Below are positions 1-11,927 of a stretch of DNA of 64,000 nt, piece after piece. Where the stretch lies: assembly GCA_951406725.2 (NCBI GenBank), contig OX597827.1, forward strand, positions 3,286,001-3,350,000, in the 5' to 3' direction. Source of the DNA: Octopus vulgaris. Lineage: Eukaryota. The notes under the pieces are model-generated. The model saw nothing but the letters and a program-made list of their open reading frames with translations, was not told the DNA's origin and ran no database searches. The position numbers and the translations under genes are program-made. Position 1 is the first letter of the stretch; each line of letters opens with the position of its first letter.

Positions 1-27
1 TAATTTGATGGATTAATTTATACTCAC

Positions 28-106
28 AATGATATCGATTTTGAAGTATTTTCATCAATTAGAGAAGAACAGGGGGGAATGGAAGGTGGTTTTACTTTGT
101 AATTTC
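28..106 (-). CDS. Candidate coding exon (79 nt) of an unidentified minus-strand gene: (R)NYKVKPPSIPPCSSLIDENTSKSIS(L/F)
   Basis: On the minus strand, acceptor ttcttcttttaatgtAG precedes 106 and donor GTGAGTA follows 28. Only one frame is open, and it is in phase with the ATG-containing exon 368-416. No homology recognised. Confidence 0.5.
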
Positions 107-367
107 CTACATTAAAAGAAGAATATATATTATTTAGTTTTTATTTTTTTTTTTTGCTAATAGACCGTTTTCATTAACTTTTTAATGTTGTTAATGTTGT
201 TTTTTTTTATCTATTTTATTTGTATATTTTATTTTTCTAAATAAACCTTTCTTTCAGAATGAAGCGAAATGTCAAAATAAATGAGTACTGTAATTATATT
301 TGATCAAACCCCTTTTTAAAAAGTAAATATCTTTTATTTTATTTTAGTTCTTCTTAACATTTCTTAC

Positions 368-416
368 TTTTTTTCTCTCTCTCCTCTCTTTTTCTAACAA
401 TTTTCAAAGGGTTCAT
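368..416 (-). CDS. Candidate first coding segment MNPLKIVRKREEREKK, at the 3' end of putative exon 368-701
   Basis: ATG at 416-414, then 16 codons plus 1 nt before donor GTAAGA (367-362). The phase matches exon 28-106. Upstream acceptor ttccttacAG at 702-703 suggests 417-701 is 5'UTR with stops in all frames. Confidence 0.4.
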
Positions 417-1007
417 TAGAATTTAAAGATGTGTGTTGTTTCATTTATGCAAGGAATGTCCAATCTGAAGTCTCTTGTTGAATTTATTCAAGAAAAATAT
501 TCAGTTTGAAGATAGTTGTTTTCTTCTGTCTAAATTATCAATCCATAAAGACAGTTTCCATTTGTCCATCATTTGTAAAAAAGGCTTGGTGATGAGGAGG
601 CAGATGAAATGTAAAACTGTTTTGTTTGTTTGAATAATAACTCTTTCAATAGACAACAGCTTGCTAAGTGTTAAGAGCTGCATCGGTAGTGAGGAGGACT
701 ACTGTAAGGAATATATATCCATATGGTCGATAGAGCTTTGGACTAATTAAAGAGCCACGTCAATACTGTATTAATAGGCTCTCTCATTGTTTCACTAGAA
801 GAGGCTTCATCAAGACACAACTGCACAGAGACAGACTGTGGGAAATGACTATCATCCTATGGTTACCAGTTTGCAGGGCCAAAGCTGAAGACTTGTGGTA
901 GCATCCTCTGCCAATCACTTCTGATTTTTGTTCCTACTCACCACTGGACTTATGAAAGATGTGTTATGGTGTTGGTCCTGGTAACGTGGTTCGCTGAGCA
1001 ACCAGTA

Positions 1008-1170
1008 TCATCATCATCATCGTTTAGCGTCCGCTTTCCATGCCAGCATGGGTTGGACGGTTCAACTGGGGTCTGGGAAGCCAGAAGGCTGCACCAGGCC
1101 CAGTTTGATCTGGCAATGTTTCTATGGCTGGATGCCCTTCCTAACGCCAACCACTCCATGAGTGTAGTAT
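1008..1170 (-). mobile_element. Short retroposon with (GAT)n tail (family D, RTE-type 3' end). Further copies ~3165-3385(+), 13455-13690(-), 16550-16710(+), 40700-41000(+), 42280-42480(-), 60092-60207(-)
   Basis: Recurrent TGGTTGGCGTTAGGAAGGGCATCCAGCTGTAGAAAC...GTCCAACCCATGCTAGCATGGAAAACGGACGTTAAAC(GAT)n. Confidence 0.8.
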
Positions 1171-1815
1171 GATGAATATTATTATAGTGGGAAAGGTTTC
1201 TGCAGTGCTTGTCCCACTCTTTCATACTTCAAACTTGCATTGATCTGGGGCAACAAGTGCCACAAGCCCAGAAGTTACTAGGATGCAGGATTTCAATGGA
1301 GTTACCTTCTTTTAGATAAGCACCTAAAGTGCTAAGGGGCCTCATCTGCCCAGGGTCCATTGGAAGTGTCTGTGAGTGACCTTTTGTAGGAGGTAGCTTC
1401 ATGGTATGCTAATTATTAACTCATAACAGGGACCCTAGTTGTTACTGCTCTGGGTCAGAGCAGACCTGTAAACAATGGTGGCTAAGCAATGGTTTCACAC
1501 TCTCCAAAATCTTGGAACACCTGAACCATGGCTCCTCTCCCAGATGTATTTAGAGTCATACTTAGAACATCAATACAGTACAAGATTACTCGAAGGATAT
1601 CTTCAACATTGACATATAACTTTGACACAAGGTCACAAGGTTTTGGGAAGAACTGATGATCAATTGTACAGATATCAGTAGATTCTTCTTTCTGAGCTCA
1701 CAGGCTGCCCCCTGGGGACTGACTTGACAATTACTATTCATGGAATTTAATAATAGAGCATAAAGGGACATAATCATGTATTACAAAGCAATTAGTCTGT
1801 GGCTCTTAATGATTA

Positions 1816-2130
1816 GTGGAGGTGCAATGGCCCAATGGTTAGGGCAGCAGACACGTGGTTGGAGGATCGCGGTTTCAATTCTCAGACCAAGCATTGTGTG
1901 TGTTTATCGAGCGAAAACACCTAAAAGCTCCACTAGGCTCCGGCAGGGGGTGGGGTGGGAGGGTGACCCCTGTTGTACTCTTTCGCCACAACTTTCTCTC
2001 ACTCTCTCTTCCTGTTTCTTGAGTAACACTGTGATGGACTGGCATCCCGTCCAGCTGGGGGGAACACATACGCCACAGAAACGGGGAAACCGGGCCCATG
2101 AGTCTGGCTAGGGTTGAAAAGGGGGATATT
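1816..2130 (+). mobile_element. tRNA-derived SINE family C. Other copies 57953-58330(+), 62357-62662(-); related heads at 38293 and 45590
   Basis: Head GTGGAGGTGCAATGGCCCAATGGTTAGGGCAG...GGTTTCAATTCTCAGACC with A- and B-box-like motifs. The 62357 copy is flanked by an 11-bp TSD GTATGCAATAT (62346-62356 / 62664-62674). Confidence 0.85.
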
Positions 2131-2537
2131 TATCATTTTTTATCTTAATGATTACCATAGACATATTAATATGAGAATCTAGGCAGTGTAATAGATTGGT
2201 AGAATCAGTATAGTATCAGATAATATACCTTGTGAAATTAAATTATGACCCTGAGAAAATACAATGATAGTTTTCTTTGTAGCCTTCTCTCAGACATTTT
2301 AGATTTTGTTGTTCTTCGTAGCCCTATACAGACATGGTCAAAGAGTATTGAGCTTGATGCTTCTTAAGTGTAAACATGGTACACAGTCAAGAGTTGCTTC
2401 AGATTGTGATGAATGAGTGGTCAATATACAATTAAGCAGAGTGAGCAATGCAGCAATGTCAATGAAGATGTCTGTGATATTTCAAATAAATTGAACACAA
2501 AGAAAGAAAATAAGGTAGTAGAGGTGTGTGTGTACAT

Positions 2538-2621
2538 AATATATATATATATATATATACATGTATGTATGTATGTATGTATATACATGTATATATATAT
2601 ATATATGTATATATATGTATA

Positions 2622-2692
<71 letters not shown>

Positions 2693-2695
2693 GTG

Positions 2696-2726
<31 letters not shown>

Positions 2727-2868
2727 GTATATATATATATGTATATATGTGTATATATATATATATGTGTATATATGTATGTGTGTATATATGTATGTGT
2801 GTATATATATATATATATGTATATATATGTATATATATATATGTATATATGTATATATATATATATGT
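2538..2868. repeat. Compound (TA)n/(TATG)n microsatellite
   Basis: Directly visible; source of the YIYI ORFs. Confidence 0.98.
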
Positions 2869-4189
2869 AGAATTTTATAATAGAATATAAAGAGATATTA
2901 TCAAATACCATAAATCATTTAATTTGTGACTCTTAAACACTGATAAAGACATATTGGTTTCAAATTTTGGCACAACGCCAGCAAGTTGGTTTCAGTGATT
3001 CCAGTGATCAACTTGTACTTATTTTATCGACTTTAAAAGGATGAAAGGCAAAGTTGACCTCGGTATAATGAGACCATCTCATTCTTGATCAACCTCCATC
3101 TCCTGCCAGTTGGCTTGGCTAGAAGAATCTCTCTTGTGATTCTTTCCTGTGATTTTCTAGGCCGATGCCAGACCCCTCTGGCACCCGTGCAGGTGGCACG
3201 TAAAAAACACCCACTACACTCGCGGAGTGGTTGGCGTTAGGAAGGGCATCCAGCTGTAGAAACACTGCCAGACTAGACTGGAGCCTGGGGCAGTCCCTAG
3301 CTCCCCAGACCCCGGTCGAAACCGTCCAACCCGTGCTAGCGCGGAAAACGGACGTTAAACGATGATGATGATGATGATGATGATGTCCATAGTGCCACAG
3401 TTGTGACCACTCAATGCATAGAAGTAGTGGCTTGGCAAGGAGAGATTCCCAGATCTCTGAGCTTAAATACCCTGTCAAGGAAATGTTATTCCAAAGATCC
3501 ATCAGATGAAACCCATTTTAGCTACTTGCATTAACAACTGCACTCTTTCAGTCATTGTGCAACATCCATGACTGCAGAAACCAAATTGAAAATAGCAAGT
3601 TTGTTTCGTGCTTTTTGTTTTTTTTAACCAATCTCTTCTCTTATTCCAACGCTGAAAATTAACATTAGAGACAACATATGCATGTGCTTGCATGTTGAAG
3701 TGCAAGTGTGAGTGAATATGCACGTAGGTATGTGTGAATGTTTTTTTTTTTTAAATTGAATAATGATAAAGAAATTCAACAAGAAAGAACAAGTTAATAT
3801 TTAATACATGGTGGTGGTGGGGGGGGGGGGGAGAAAAAAAGGGGAGAAGATTTCTTCCAGAAGTAGGCTGTGTTTCAAAGATAATGCAATGACCTTATTG
3901 ATTTATCTCAATGGTTTTAGGGAACTGTGCAATTAAAAATATCGATCTGAGTGTATAGAGCTTGACGCTTGATAAGTGGAAAATGGTATATAATCAAGAG
4001 CAGCTTCAGATTGTGATTAATGAGTGATCAATACATGATTAAACAGAGTGAGCAATGCAGCAATATCAATAAAGGTATCTGGGATATTGCAAATAAATTG
4101 GTAACACATAACACAAAGGAACAAAATAAGGTGGTATAGTCTTAGTAGAGGTGTATATTATGTTTATACACTAATACAGACGTGTATGT

Positions 4190-4415
4190 ATACACACACA
4201 CACACACACACACACTCACACACACACACACACACTCACACACACACACTTGTATGCATATATGTATGGAAAACAGACAGGCATATAGACAGACAGGCAG
4301 GCAGGCAGGCAGACAGACAGACAGACAGGCAGGCAGGCAGGCAGACAGATAGATAAATACACACACATGCACACATGCACACACATACACACACACACAC
4401 ACACACACATGCACA
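4190..4415. repeat. Compound (CA)n/(CAGA)n/(CAGG)n microsatellite
   Basis: Directly visible. Confidence 0.95.
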
Positions 4416-4679
4416 CAAACTCTCCTGTCAGTTTCAATATGTAAGCATCCAATTATTCAATCAACTGAACAACCTATTCATTGAATTCACATAAAAAGTG
4501 GTTGAGTATTCCGCAGATTTATCCTTAACGAAATATTCTCAAACAGATTCAGTGACACGGTGTCGCTTAGTAAGACATGGTAGAATATTTGAACTAGAGT
4601 CATTGTATTCTCACTATGTTGGGATACTGTTTTCAAAAGTTACTTCCTCATATCAACCCCAGCACTTATTTCTAACTAG

Positions 4680-5035
4680 GAGGCGAGCTGGCAGAACCGT
4701 TAGCATGCTGGGTGAAATGCGTAGCCGTATTTCGTCTGCTGTTACGTTCTGAGTTCAAATTCCGCCGAGGTCGACTTTACCTTTCATCCTTTCGGGGTCG
4801 ATTAAATAAGTACCAGTTACGCACTGGGGTCGATTAAATAAGTACCAGTTACGCACTGGGGTTGATTAAATCAGTACCAGTTACGCACTGGGGTCGATTA
4901 AATAAGTACCAGTTACGCACTGGGGTCGATTAAATAAGTACCAGTTACGCACTGGGGTCGATATAATCAACTTAATTCGTTTGTCTGTCCTTGTTTGTCC
5001 CCTCTATGTTTAGCCCCTTGTGGGTAGTAAAGAAA
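4680..5035 (+). mobile_element. tRNA-derived SINE family B (Meta/MESC-like central domain) with internal 32-bp tandem expansion
   Basis: GGCGAGCTGGCAGAA...GAGTTCAAATTCC (A/B boxes), then CCTTTCATCCTTTCGGGGTCGATTAAATAAGTACCAG. The Meta-domain assignment is from recalled similarity. Confidence 0.85.
4794..4962 (+). repeat. Tandem repeat, 5 x 32 bp GGGGTCGATTAAATAAGTACCAGTTACGCACT
   Basis: Units start at 4794, 4826, 4858, 4890 and 4922, with a partial unit at 4954; near-identical. Confidence 0.97.
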
Positions 5036-6114
5036 TATATATTTGTGTGTGTGTGCGTGTTGTGTGTGTGTGTGTGTGCATGCATGAGTTTACGTGAGTG
5101 TGTGTACCCTTGTCTTGATGTCACAAGGTCTTTGTAGGCGAGTATCACCATCGTAGATGCAATGTTGTTCATTCCCAGTCTTCCATGAAAAACATGTCTG
5201 ACTGTGGGAAATATTACCTTGCTTCAAAACAAGCAAGAATTAACCACAGGAAGAGCATCCAGCCATAGAATATTTGCCTTAATACATTCTGTCCGACTTA
5301 TACAAGCATGGAAAAGTAAATGTTAGATGCTGATGAAATTACTAAAACCGAAAAACATTTATAAAACGTTTTAAAATGTTTTAAAAATATCTAGAAGTTT
5401 TTTTGCTCCACTGATATTCAGATGCAAATAATCGTTTTTTAAAATCACTTAAAATAAATGTAAATATATTTTTCATGTTATGAATTTGGCAATGATAAAT
5501 TTTTAATGCCAAATCCATTAATTTATTAAATTCTAATATATTTCATAAATTTTTTCCTAACATAATTCAGAGTCCTAAATTTGGTGCTAATCTCTTGTAT
5601 CTATTATTTTGATTATTAATTATTTGTACTGATTAATTTTTTCTAATTGGGATGAGAAAAAAAATACAATTCTAGGCATAACAATTAAAAAATAAATCCT
5701 ATTTTGAAAACAACAATGAAATGCACAATATAATGAGCTTCAACTGACATATTTATACATTGAATCTAAGAATAAACTTACTCTCAGTGAATCTTGGCAT
5801 TTTCATTAAATTTGAATGAGAAATGATATCTTTTGCACTTAAACTTGCACCTAAAATCACTATTTTTTGCACTTAAAATTGCACTTAAAATCTGATATTT
5901 CTGCACATGATATATTAAATATAAAGAATTTCAATATATTTTTAAAAAATCATCAAGGCATTGGAAATTTTTCAAAAATGGGAAAATTTTCAACATGTGC
6001 AATGCTACCCTCCAAAAAATCTTCACCCTGCTCACATCTAGGTGGAACCAAAGCAGACTGAACCAAAACCAGTGAAAATTTGGGATTCCAAGCAATTCTT
6101 TCTTTTTTTTTAAA

Positions 6115-6314
6115 TTTGTTTCAGTCATTTGACTGTGGCCATGCTGGAGCACCGCCTTTAGTCGAGCAAATCGACTGCAGGACTTATTCTTTGTAAGCCC
6201 AGTACTTATTCTATCGGTCTGTCTTGATGAACCGCTAAGTGACGGGGACATAAACACACCAGCATCGGTTGTCAAGCATTGTTGGGGATACAAACACAGA
6301 CACACAAACATATC

Positions 6315-6352
<38 letters not shown>

Positions 6353-6731
6353 CAACAATTGAGGGTAAAATTAATTAATTATTAATCAATTTCACCAAGT
6401 GTTCAGTATGCAAAGGGACCATTTAAGGCGAATTCAAATTATTACATTATATAAAAGGGCTTAGTAAAATAAATTACTTTGCCGCATACTGAACTCATTA
6501 GAAATAGCAGCTAAAAAACTTTTTTAAAGCTATTTCTAATACTTAAAGAAAATCTCTCATATATAGTGTTTGCTTAATTCAACTCACAAACTTTTGTGAG
6601 TTGAATTAAGCAAACACTATATATGAGAGAGATTTTCTTTAAGTATTAGAAATAGCTTTAAAAAAGTTTTTTAGCTGCTATTTCTAATGAGTTCAGTATG
6701 CGGCAAAGTAATTTATTTTACTAAGCCCTTT

Positions 6732-6774
<43 letters not shown>

Positions 6775-6930
6775 ACAGGCTTCTTTCAGTTTCCATCTAC
6801 CAAATCCACTCACAAGGCTTTGGTCGGCCCGAGGCTATAGTAGAAGATACATGCCCAAGGTGCCATGCAATGGGACTGATCCCGGAACCATGTGGTTGGT
6901 AAGCAAGCTACTTACCACACAGCCACTCCT
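6115..6930 (-). mobile_element. SINE family A split at its internal (TA)n by a palindromic insertion (6349-6739)
   Basis: The 3' half (6115-6320) and 5' half (6770-6930) are collinear with the intact copy at 7077-7495. Confidence 0.85.
6446..6739. repeat. Near-perfect palindrome, ~145-bp arms, 2-nt spacer at 6591-6592; unpaired extension 6349-6445
   Basis: ATTATATAAAAGGGC...CTCACAAA ct TTTGTGAG...GCCCTTTTATATAAT, with one 2-bp indel. Confidence 0.95.
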
Positions 6931-7076
6931 ATGTCCATATGTTAGCCCTCTGCAGTTTTTAAGTTTATTTACAAAGATTTCAATTTCAAAAAGTTTATTA
7001 ATGATCACCCACAAATTTGATCCCATTTTTGCCCCATGAATCAATTTTGATGCAATCTTTCAGCACTGGATCTCTC

Positions 7077-7495
7077 TTTTACTCTTTACTCTTTTACTTG
7101 TTTCAGTCATTTGACTGCGGCCATGCTGGAGCATCGCCTTTAGTCGAGCAACTTGACCCCGGGACTTATTCTTTTTGTAAGCCCAGTACTTATTCTATCG
7201 GTCTCTTTTGCCGAACCGCTAAGTAACAGGGACATAAACACACCAGCATCGGTTGTCAAGCAATGCTAGAGGGACAAACACATACACACAAACACACACA
7301 CGCATATATATATATATATGTATATATATATACGACAGGCTTCTTTCAGTTTCTGTCTACCAAATCCACTCACAAGGCTTTGGTCGGCCTGAGGTTATAG
7401 TAGAAGACACTTGCCCAAGGTGCCACGCAGTGGGACTGAACCCGGAACCATGTGGTTGGTAAACAAGCTACTTACCACACAGCCACTTCTGCGCC
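7077..7495 (-). mobile_element. Full-length tRNA-derived SINE family A, the most abundant element. Other copies 11150-11515(+), 20179-20575(+), 27638-28020(-), 29122-29540(-), 30328-30746(-), 38681-39081(-), 46620-47095(-), 56146-56557(-), 56628-57040(+), 57056-57400(+)
   Basis: Head GGCGCAG(G/A)AGTGGCTGTGTGGTAAG...GGTTCAGTCCCAC, internal TA/CA microsatellite, 3' end ...GACTGAAACAAGTAAAAGAGTAAA; more than 15 copies. Confidence 0.92.
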
Positions 7496-8789
7496 TTATA
7501 TCTCTTTCACTTATATCTTTTAAGTAAGCCTAAGTACCCTAGTTTTTCTAAAACAAATAAAAGAGTTGATGATTTAAAGGTGATATCAGGTGTTACTCCC
7601 TTTCCAATTTGAATGATTTTTGCTCCATGTGTTTCTTCTACTTCACAAATTTTAACTTGGGTTACAGAATTAGATCTGTTTCATCGAGATCTTTCAATTA
7701 AGAGCAATTAGACGATGTTTTGTAAAAGAACAAAAACTGAGATATGGTGCTACATGAAGGGCAACTAAGGCAATGGCAACTAAAGCACTCACATGTAGAC
7801 TGGCAAGTTGACAGTTGCAGCAGCACTTTGAGAATTCACTGGCCATGTAGAGCTTTGAGGCATGTACCCATGTAGACTAACATGAAAGGGAAGAACACAG
7901 TGGGGACACCCATTCTATTGCAGCCTCATCTGATTACCAAGACTTTTATGTTAATGTTTACTGCCAGAGGGAAGAGAGATATTATGGCTTAGAGACAGTA
8001 AATAATGGGTCTTATTTTAATTCAAACTTAACCAGTTTTGGTACAATAAGTTCTTTTCCAATTCACTAATTTGGGTGAGTTGACAGAATTAGATTCCTCT
8101 CATTGATGCCTATTATCTAAGTGTAATTAAAACAAAAATAGTAAAGAAACAAGGAAACTATGTTACTTATAAGTTGCACTTATGGAATACTCAACCATTT
8201 TTGAACACATATAATGATAATCCTTTCTACTAAAGGCACAAGGCCTGAAATTTTGTGGGGTGGGAACCAGATGATTATATTGACCCCCAGTAATTCACTG
8301 GTACTGAAAGGATGAAAGGAAAGTCGACCTTGGTGGAGTTTGAACTCAGAATGTAAAGAGAGAGGAAAGGCCACTAAACCATTTTGCCCGGTGTGCTAAC
8401 AAGTTTGCCAGCTTGCTGCCTTCCTAATACTCCTCCTCCTCCTACTCCTCCTCCTACTACTACTACTATTGATAATAATAATAATAACAATAATAGTAAT
8501 AATCCGTCCTGTTGTAGGCACAGGGCCTGAAATCTTTAAGGTGGCAAGCGGGCAGAATCATCAACACACCTGGCAAAATGCTTAGTGAAATTTCATCCAT
8601 TTTATGTTCTGAGTTCAAATTCTGCCAAAGTCAACTCTATTTTTCATTCTTTTGGAATCAATAAAATAAGTACCACTTGAGCACTGTGGTCGATGTAACC
8701 AACTTAGCCCCCTCCCTGAAATTGCTGGCCTTGTGCCAAAATGCTTCTTCCCTGAAATTGCTGGCCTTGTGCCAAAATTTGAAACCATT

Positions 8790-9300
8790 ATTAAGGCTGA
8801 AAGGCATGAGGACAGATACATTCCTCTTTGGTAGAGCTCTCATTGACTTCTTCAAGTTTCACTTGTAAAGGAAATTAAGAGTGGAGAGGGAAGTGCTGTC
8901 CTCGAATGAATTTATTGAAAGGTGGGTGAAAGTTGTGAAAATGGCAAGATTGGATGGTACCTCTCTACGTGTAGACCTGTGAGTTGGAGAGAAGGAATTG
9001 GAGAGGGCACTTGCTCCCAGGTTTGCAGGGAAATCTCAGACAGTGGGGTTCCTCACTTATCCCCAGAGGTCTTCTTGTATCAGGAGGGCCACACCTCTAT
9101 CACCCTACCTGCCCATTTTTTTAAACCTTTGTATGCTTTGCATATGTCCCTTCTCTTTTAGTGTTTACTGTGTATACTTAATTTCTTTCTTTCTTTCCAT
9201 TTTTCTTTCTATCATTTCATTATATGTAAACCCTTACACTTTATGTCTGTCTTTGTATTGCCCCTCATCCTTCGCCCTTGTGGCAAATAAATGAAATCAG
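8790..9300 (+). mobile_element. 3' end of a non-LTR retrotransposon (probable Tx1/L1-type ORF2 C-terminus plus 3'UTR)
   Basis: Frame RLKGMRTDTFLFGRALIDFFKFHL*RKLRVEREVLSSNEFIERWVKVVKMARLDGTSLRVDL*, then a pyrimidine-rich UTR and AATAAA before (ATT)n. A homologous piece lies at 9352. The clade call is inference. Confidence 0.6.
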
Positions 9301-9351
<51 letters not shown>

Positions 9352-9357
<6 letters not shown>

Positions 9358-9698
9358 GGAAAGTGAGGGTGGAGAGAAAAGAGCTACCTCCCTGTGATTT
9401 TTTAAAAAGGTGGGTGAATGTTGCAACAATGGTCCAACTGAATGGGTCTACTCTAAGCATGATGTGAAGGATGATGTGGAGAGGACAGTGCCCTAGTGGT
9501 CAAAGTCACTGTGATTTTGTGAAGTCTCCATGAACAGCCCCAGGAAGTCTCCCACTTTTTGGGGGAATTATTCATTGTTACAATTTTATATTGTTACTGC
9601 TTTTTAAAAAATGTTTACATGCTTTTATACAACTCCACATTGTATTGTCCAGTACTATACCCCCAATATATTTTGTGAATAGTGATTAATAAACATTA

Positions 9699-9700
<2 letters not shown>
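9352..9700 (+). mobile_element. Second, divergent 3' end of the same LINE family
   Basis: RKVRVERKELPPCDFLKRWVNVATMVQLNGSTLSMM*, followed by AATAAA and (ATT)n. Confidence 0.6.
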
Positions 9701-9730
<30 letters not shown>

Positions 9731-10156
9731 TAAGGTGGTGGAGCTGGCAGAATCGTTAGCACACTGGGCAAAATGCTTAGCAGTATTTCATCTGTCTTTA
9801 TGTACTGAGTTCAAATTTCACCAAGGTCGACTTTGCCTTTCATCCTTTTTGGGGTCAATAAAATAAGTGCCAGTTGAGCCCCTTCCCCCAAAATTTCAGG
9901 CCTTGTGCCTATACTTGAAAGGATTATTATCATCATTATTATTAAAGTGGTGAGCTGGCAGAATTGTTAGTGTGCTGAGCAAAATGATTAGTAGCATTTC
10001 ATCTAGCTTTACATTCTGAGTTCAAATTCCACTGAGGTCAACTCTGCCTTTCATCTTTGCAGTGTCAATAAAATAAGTACCAGTTGTACACTGGGGCTGA
10101 TGTTAGCAACTTACCCCTTCCCTCGAATTTGCTGGCCTTGTGCCAAAATTTGGAAC

Positions 10157-10193
<37 letters not shown>

Positions 10194-11533
10194 TGTTAAT
10201 GTCTTTTGGAAAGTTGGCATGAGAATCATTTGCAAAATGCCATTCAGTGAAAGTGTGTATGTGGGGGGGGGGTTACACTGAGCTATGCTACAATAGCCTG
10301 GGAATCACAGATATTGATGTTCAAGGTTAACAAACAAATGCTGCTGTGGGTCAGGATGCCCTAACATAACTTCCAGTCTCAGAAACCCGACAAAAGGGTT
10401 CATGGATACTGCCCTTCTTCCTTCTCTGACTAAGCCAGGAATTAACAAAAAAAAACAAAAACAGAAAATAATAAAACACCGTAGTGCCAGCACAACTCCC
10501 CAGATCAAGGAACTCACCATTACCACTAATGCTACAACCATTACTACCAGACACCAAGTTAATCATAAGCTGTAATATTCCCAATATATTCCCACAAAGA
10601 AATTTTGTCATTTCATTTATATTTTTATAGTTTCAATAATATATTTTAAATTAAGATTTTTTTTTTTACATAATTAATACAGAGTTATTATATAATCAAT
10701 AAAGTATTAGGTGGTGAGAGGTAAGATGTATAATTAATAATAATGAGTGCACATACAGTTATTTGCAGATGAGAAGGGATGACGGCAACATTAAAAATAA
10801 TGAACATTTATAAATTAATAAGGGTCTCTTTCCAAGGGCTTCAAAAAGGGACCAGCGTGTAATTAATGCAGAAATGATATATAATTTAATATCAGAGAAC
10901 TACATTAAAATGAATTCACATTAAAATGGTATATAATTAATACTTGAAATATTATGAATTTTATCATATATAGATGGTTGTATATAATTCATTACACAGA
11001 AAAGCTTTTCAAATGTATATGTACATTAGATAAAATATAATACACACACATATATATAAACACATATACGTATATCATGATATACAAATATATATATATG
11101 TATATATATGTATATGTATTTATATATATGTTTTATATGTCTACATATAGGTGCAGGAGTGGCTGTGTGGTAAGTAGCTTGCTTACCAACCATAGTCCCA
11201 CTGCATGGCATCTTGGGCACATGTCTTCTACAATAGATTCAGGCCGGCCAAAGCCTTGTGAGTAGATTTGGTAATCGGAAACTAAAAGAAGCCCATCGTA
11301 TGTATATGCGTGTGTGTGTCTGTGAGTCAGTGTTTGTCCCCTCATCATCACTTGACAACTGATGTTGGGGAGTTTACCTCCCCGTAATTTAGTGGTTCAG
11401 CAAAAGTACTGGTAGAATAAGTACTAGGCTTACGAAGAATAAGTCCTGGAGTTGATTTGTTTGACTAAAGGTGGTGTTCCAGCATGACTGCAGCCAAAAG
11501 TCTGAAACAACTAAAATGTATATATATATATAT

Positions 11534-11927
11534 ATAAAGTAGTTGTATGCTGTGAACTTAATGTGACAGTCCCATGAAGGAAATAATACTACTGCTATTT
11601 AGCCCTAGGAAGCAGCACCGTTTCCTGTCAGCCTTGACACATTTCCTGTGTCTTTATGTTTACAAGGGGGAGACAAGCACCCCATCCAGCTAAGCGAGCA
11701 TTCAGGGACTAGTTTCTGAGGCATTGCTCGTCTTCAGTCTGGAGTAGAAAGGCTTGCTAGTTGGAGATGCCTATCTAGCTCCAGTAAACATATAATTATT
11801 CTAGTGAAATACATTCACTGATTTCAAAAATAGAAATAATACATTTCTAAATGTCTCAGAGAGAATTATGCAGTAGTGATACGATAAAGTAGTTGCATGA
11901 TGTCAACTTAATGTGACAGTCCCATGA
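11534..11927 (-). mobile_element. Retrozyme-like / Penelope pLTR-like unit: 350-nt period, 44-nt terminal direct repeat, internal HHR
   Basis: ATAAAGTAGTTG...GTGACAGTCCCATGA at 11534-11577 and 11884-11927 (3 mismatches); abuts (TA)n. Confidence 0.7.
11702..11743 (-). ncRNA. Minimal type I hammerhead ribozyme motif (GUC site)
   Basis: UCCAGA CUGAAGA CGAG-CAAUGC-CUCA GAAA CUAG UC CCUGAA. Core intact, stem III palindrome ACUAGU; the closing pairs of stems I and II are mismatched. Confidence 0.75.

Larger units (their letters stand above)
8215..10190. mobile_element. Cluster of SINE B copies (8215-8422 -, 8540-8790 +, 9732-9925 +, 9945-10157 +) separated by (ATT)n tracts and LINE 3' ends
   Basis: Repeated family B head, core and 3' GGCCTTGTGCC motif. 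Confidence 0.8.

Noticed and set aside
501-683. 60-aa ORF as a stand-alone gene
   Set aside because: No recognisable domain; at most a uORF within candidate exon 368-701
2413-2911. Long ORFs rich in YI/CV/HT/LS/ER (also 25815-26361, 55096-55814, 63154-63624)
   Set aside because: Stop-free translations of dinucleotide microsatellites, not genes
4794-4962. CRISPR-like regular 32-bp repeats
   Set aside because: No spacers; contiguous tandem units inside a SINE in eukaryotic DNA
5325-5360. CTGATGA...CCGAAA
   Set aside because: Arises from a decayed (GAT)n retroposon tail; no stem II or III
7253-7462. Recurrent peptide 'YDRLLSVSVYQIHSQGFGRPEAIVEDTCPRCHAVGLNPEPCGW' that looks like a gene family
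   Set aside because: Antisense translation of SINE A copies
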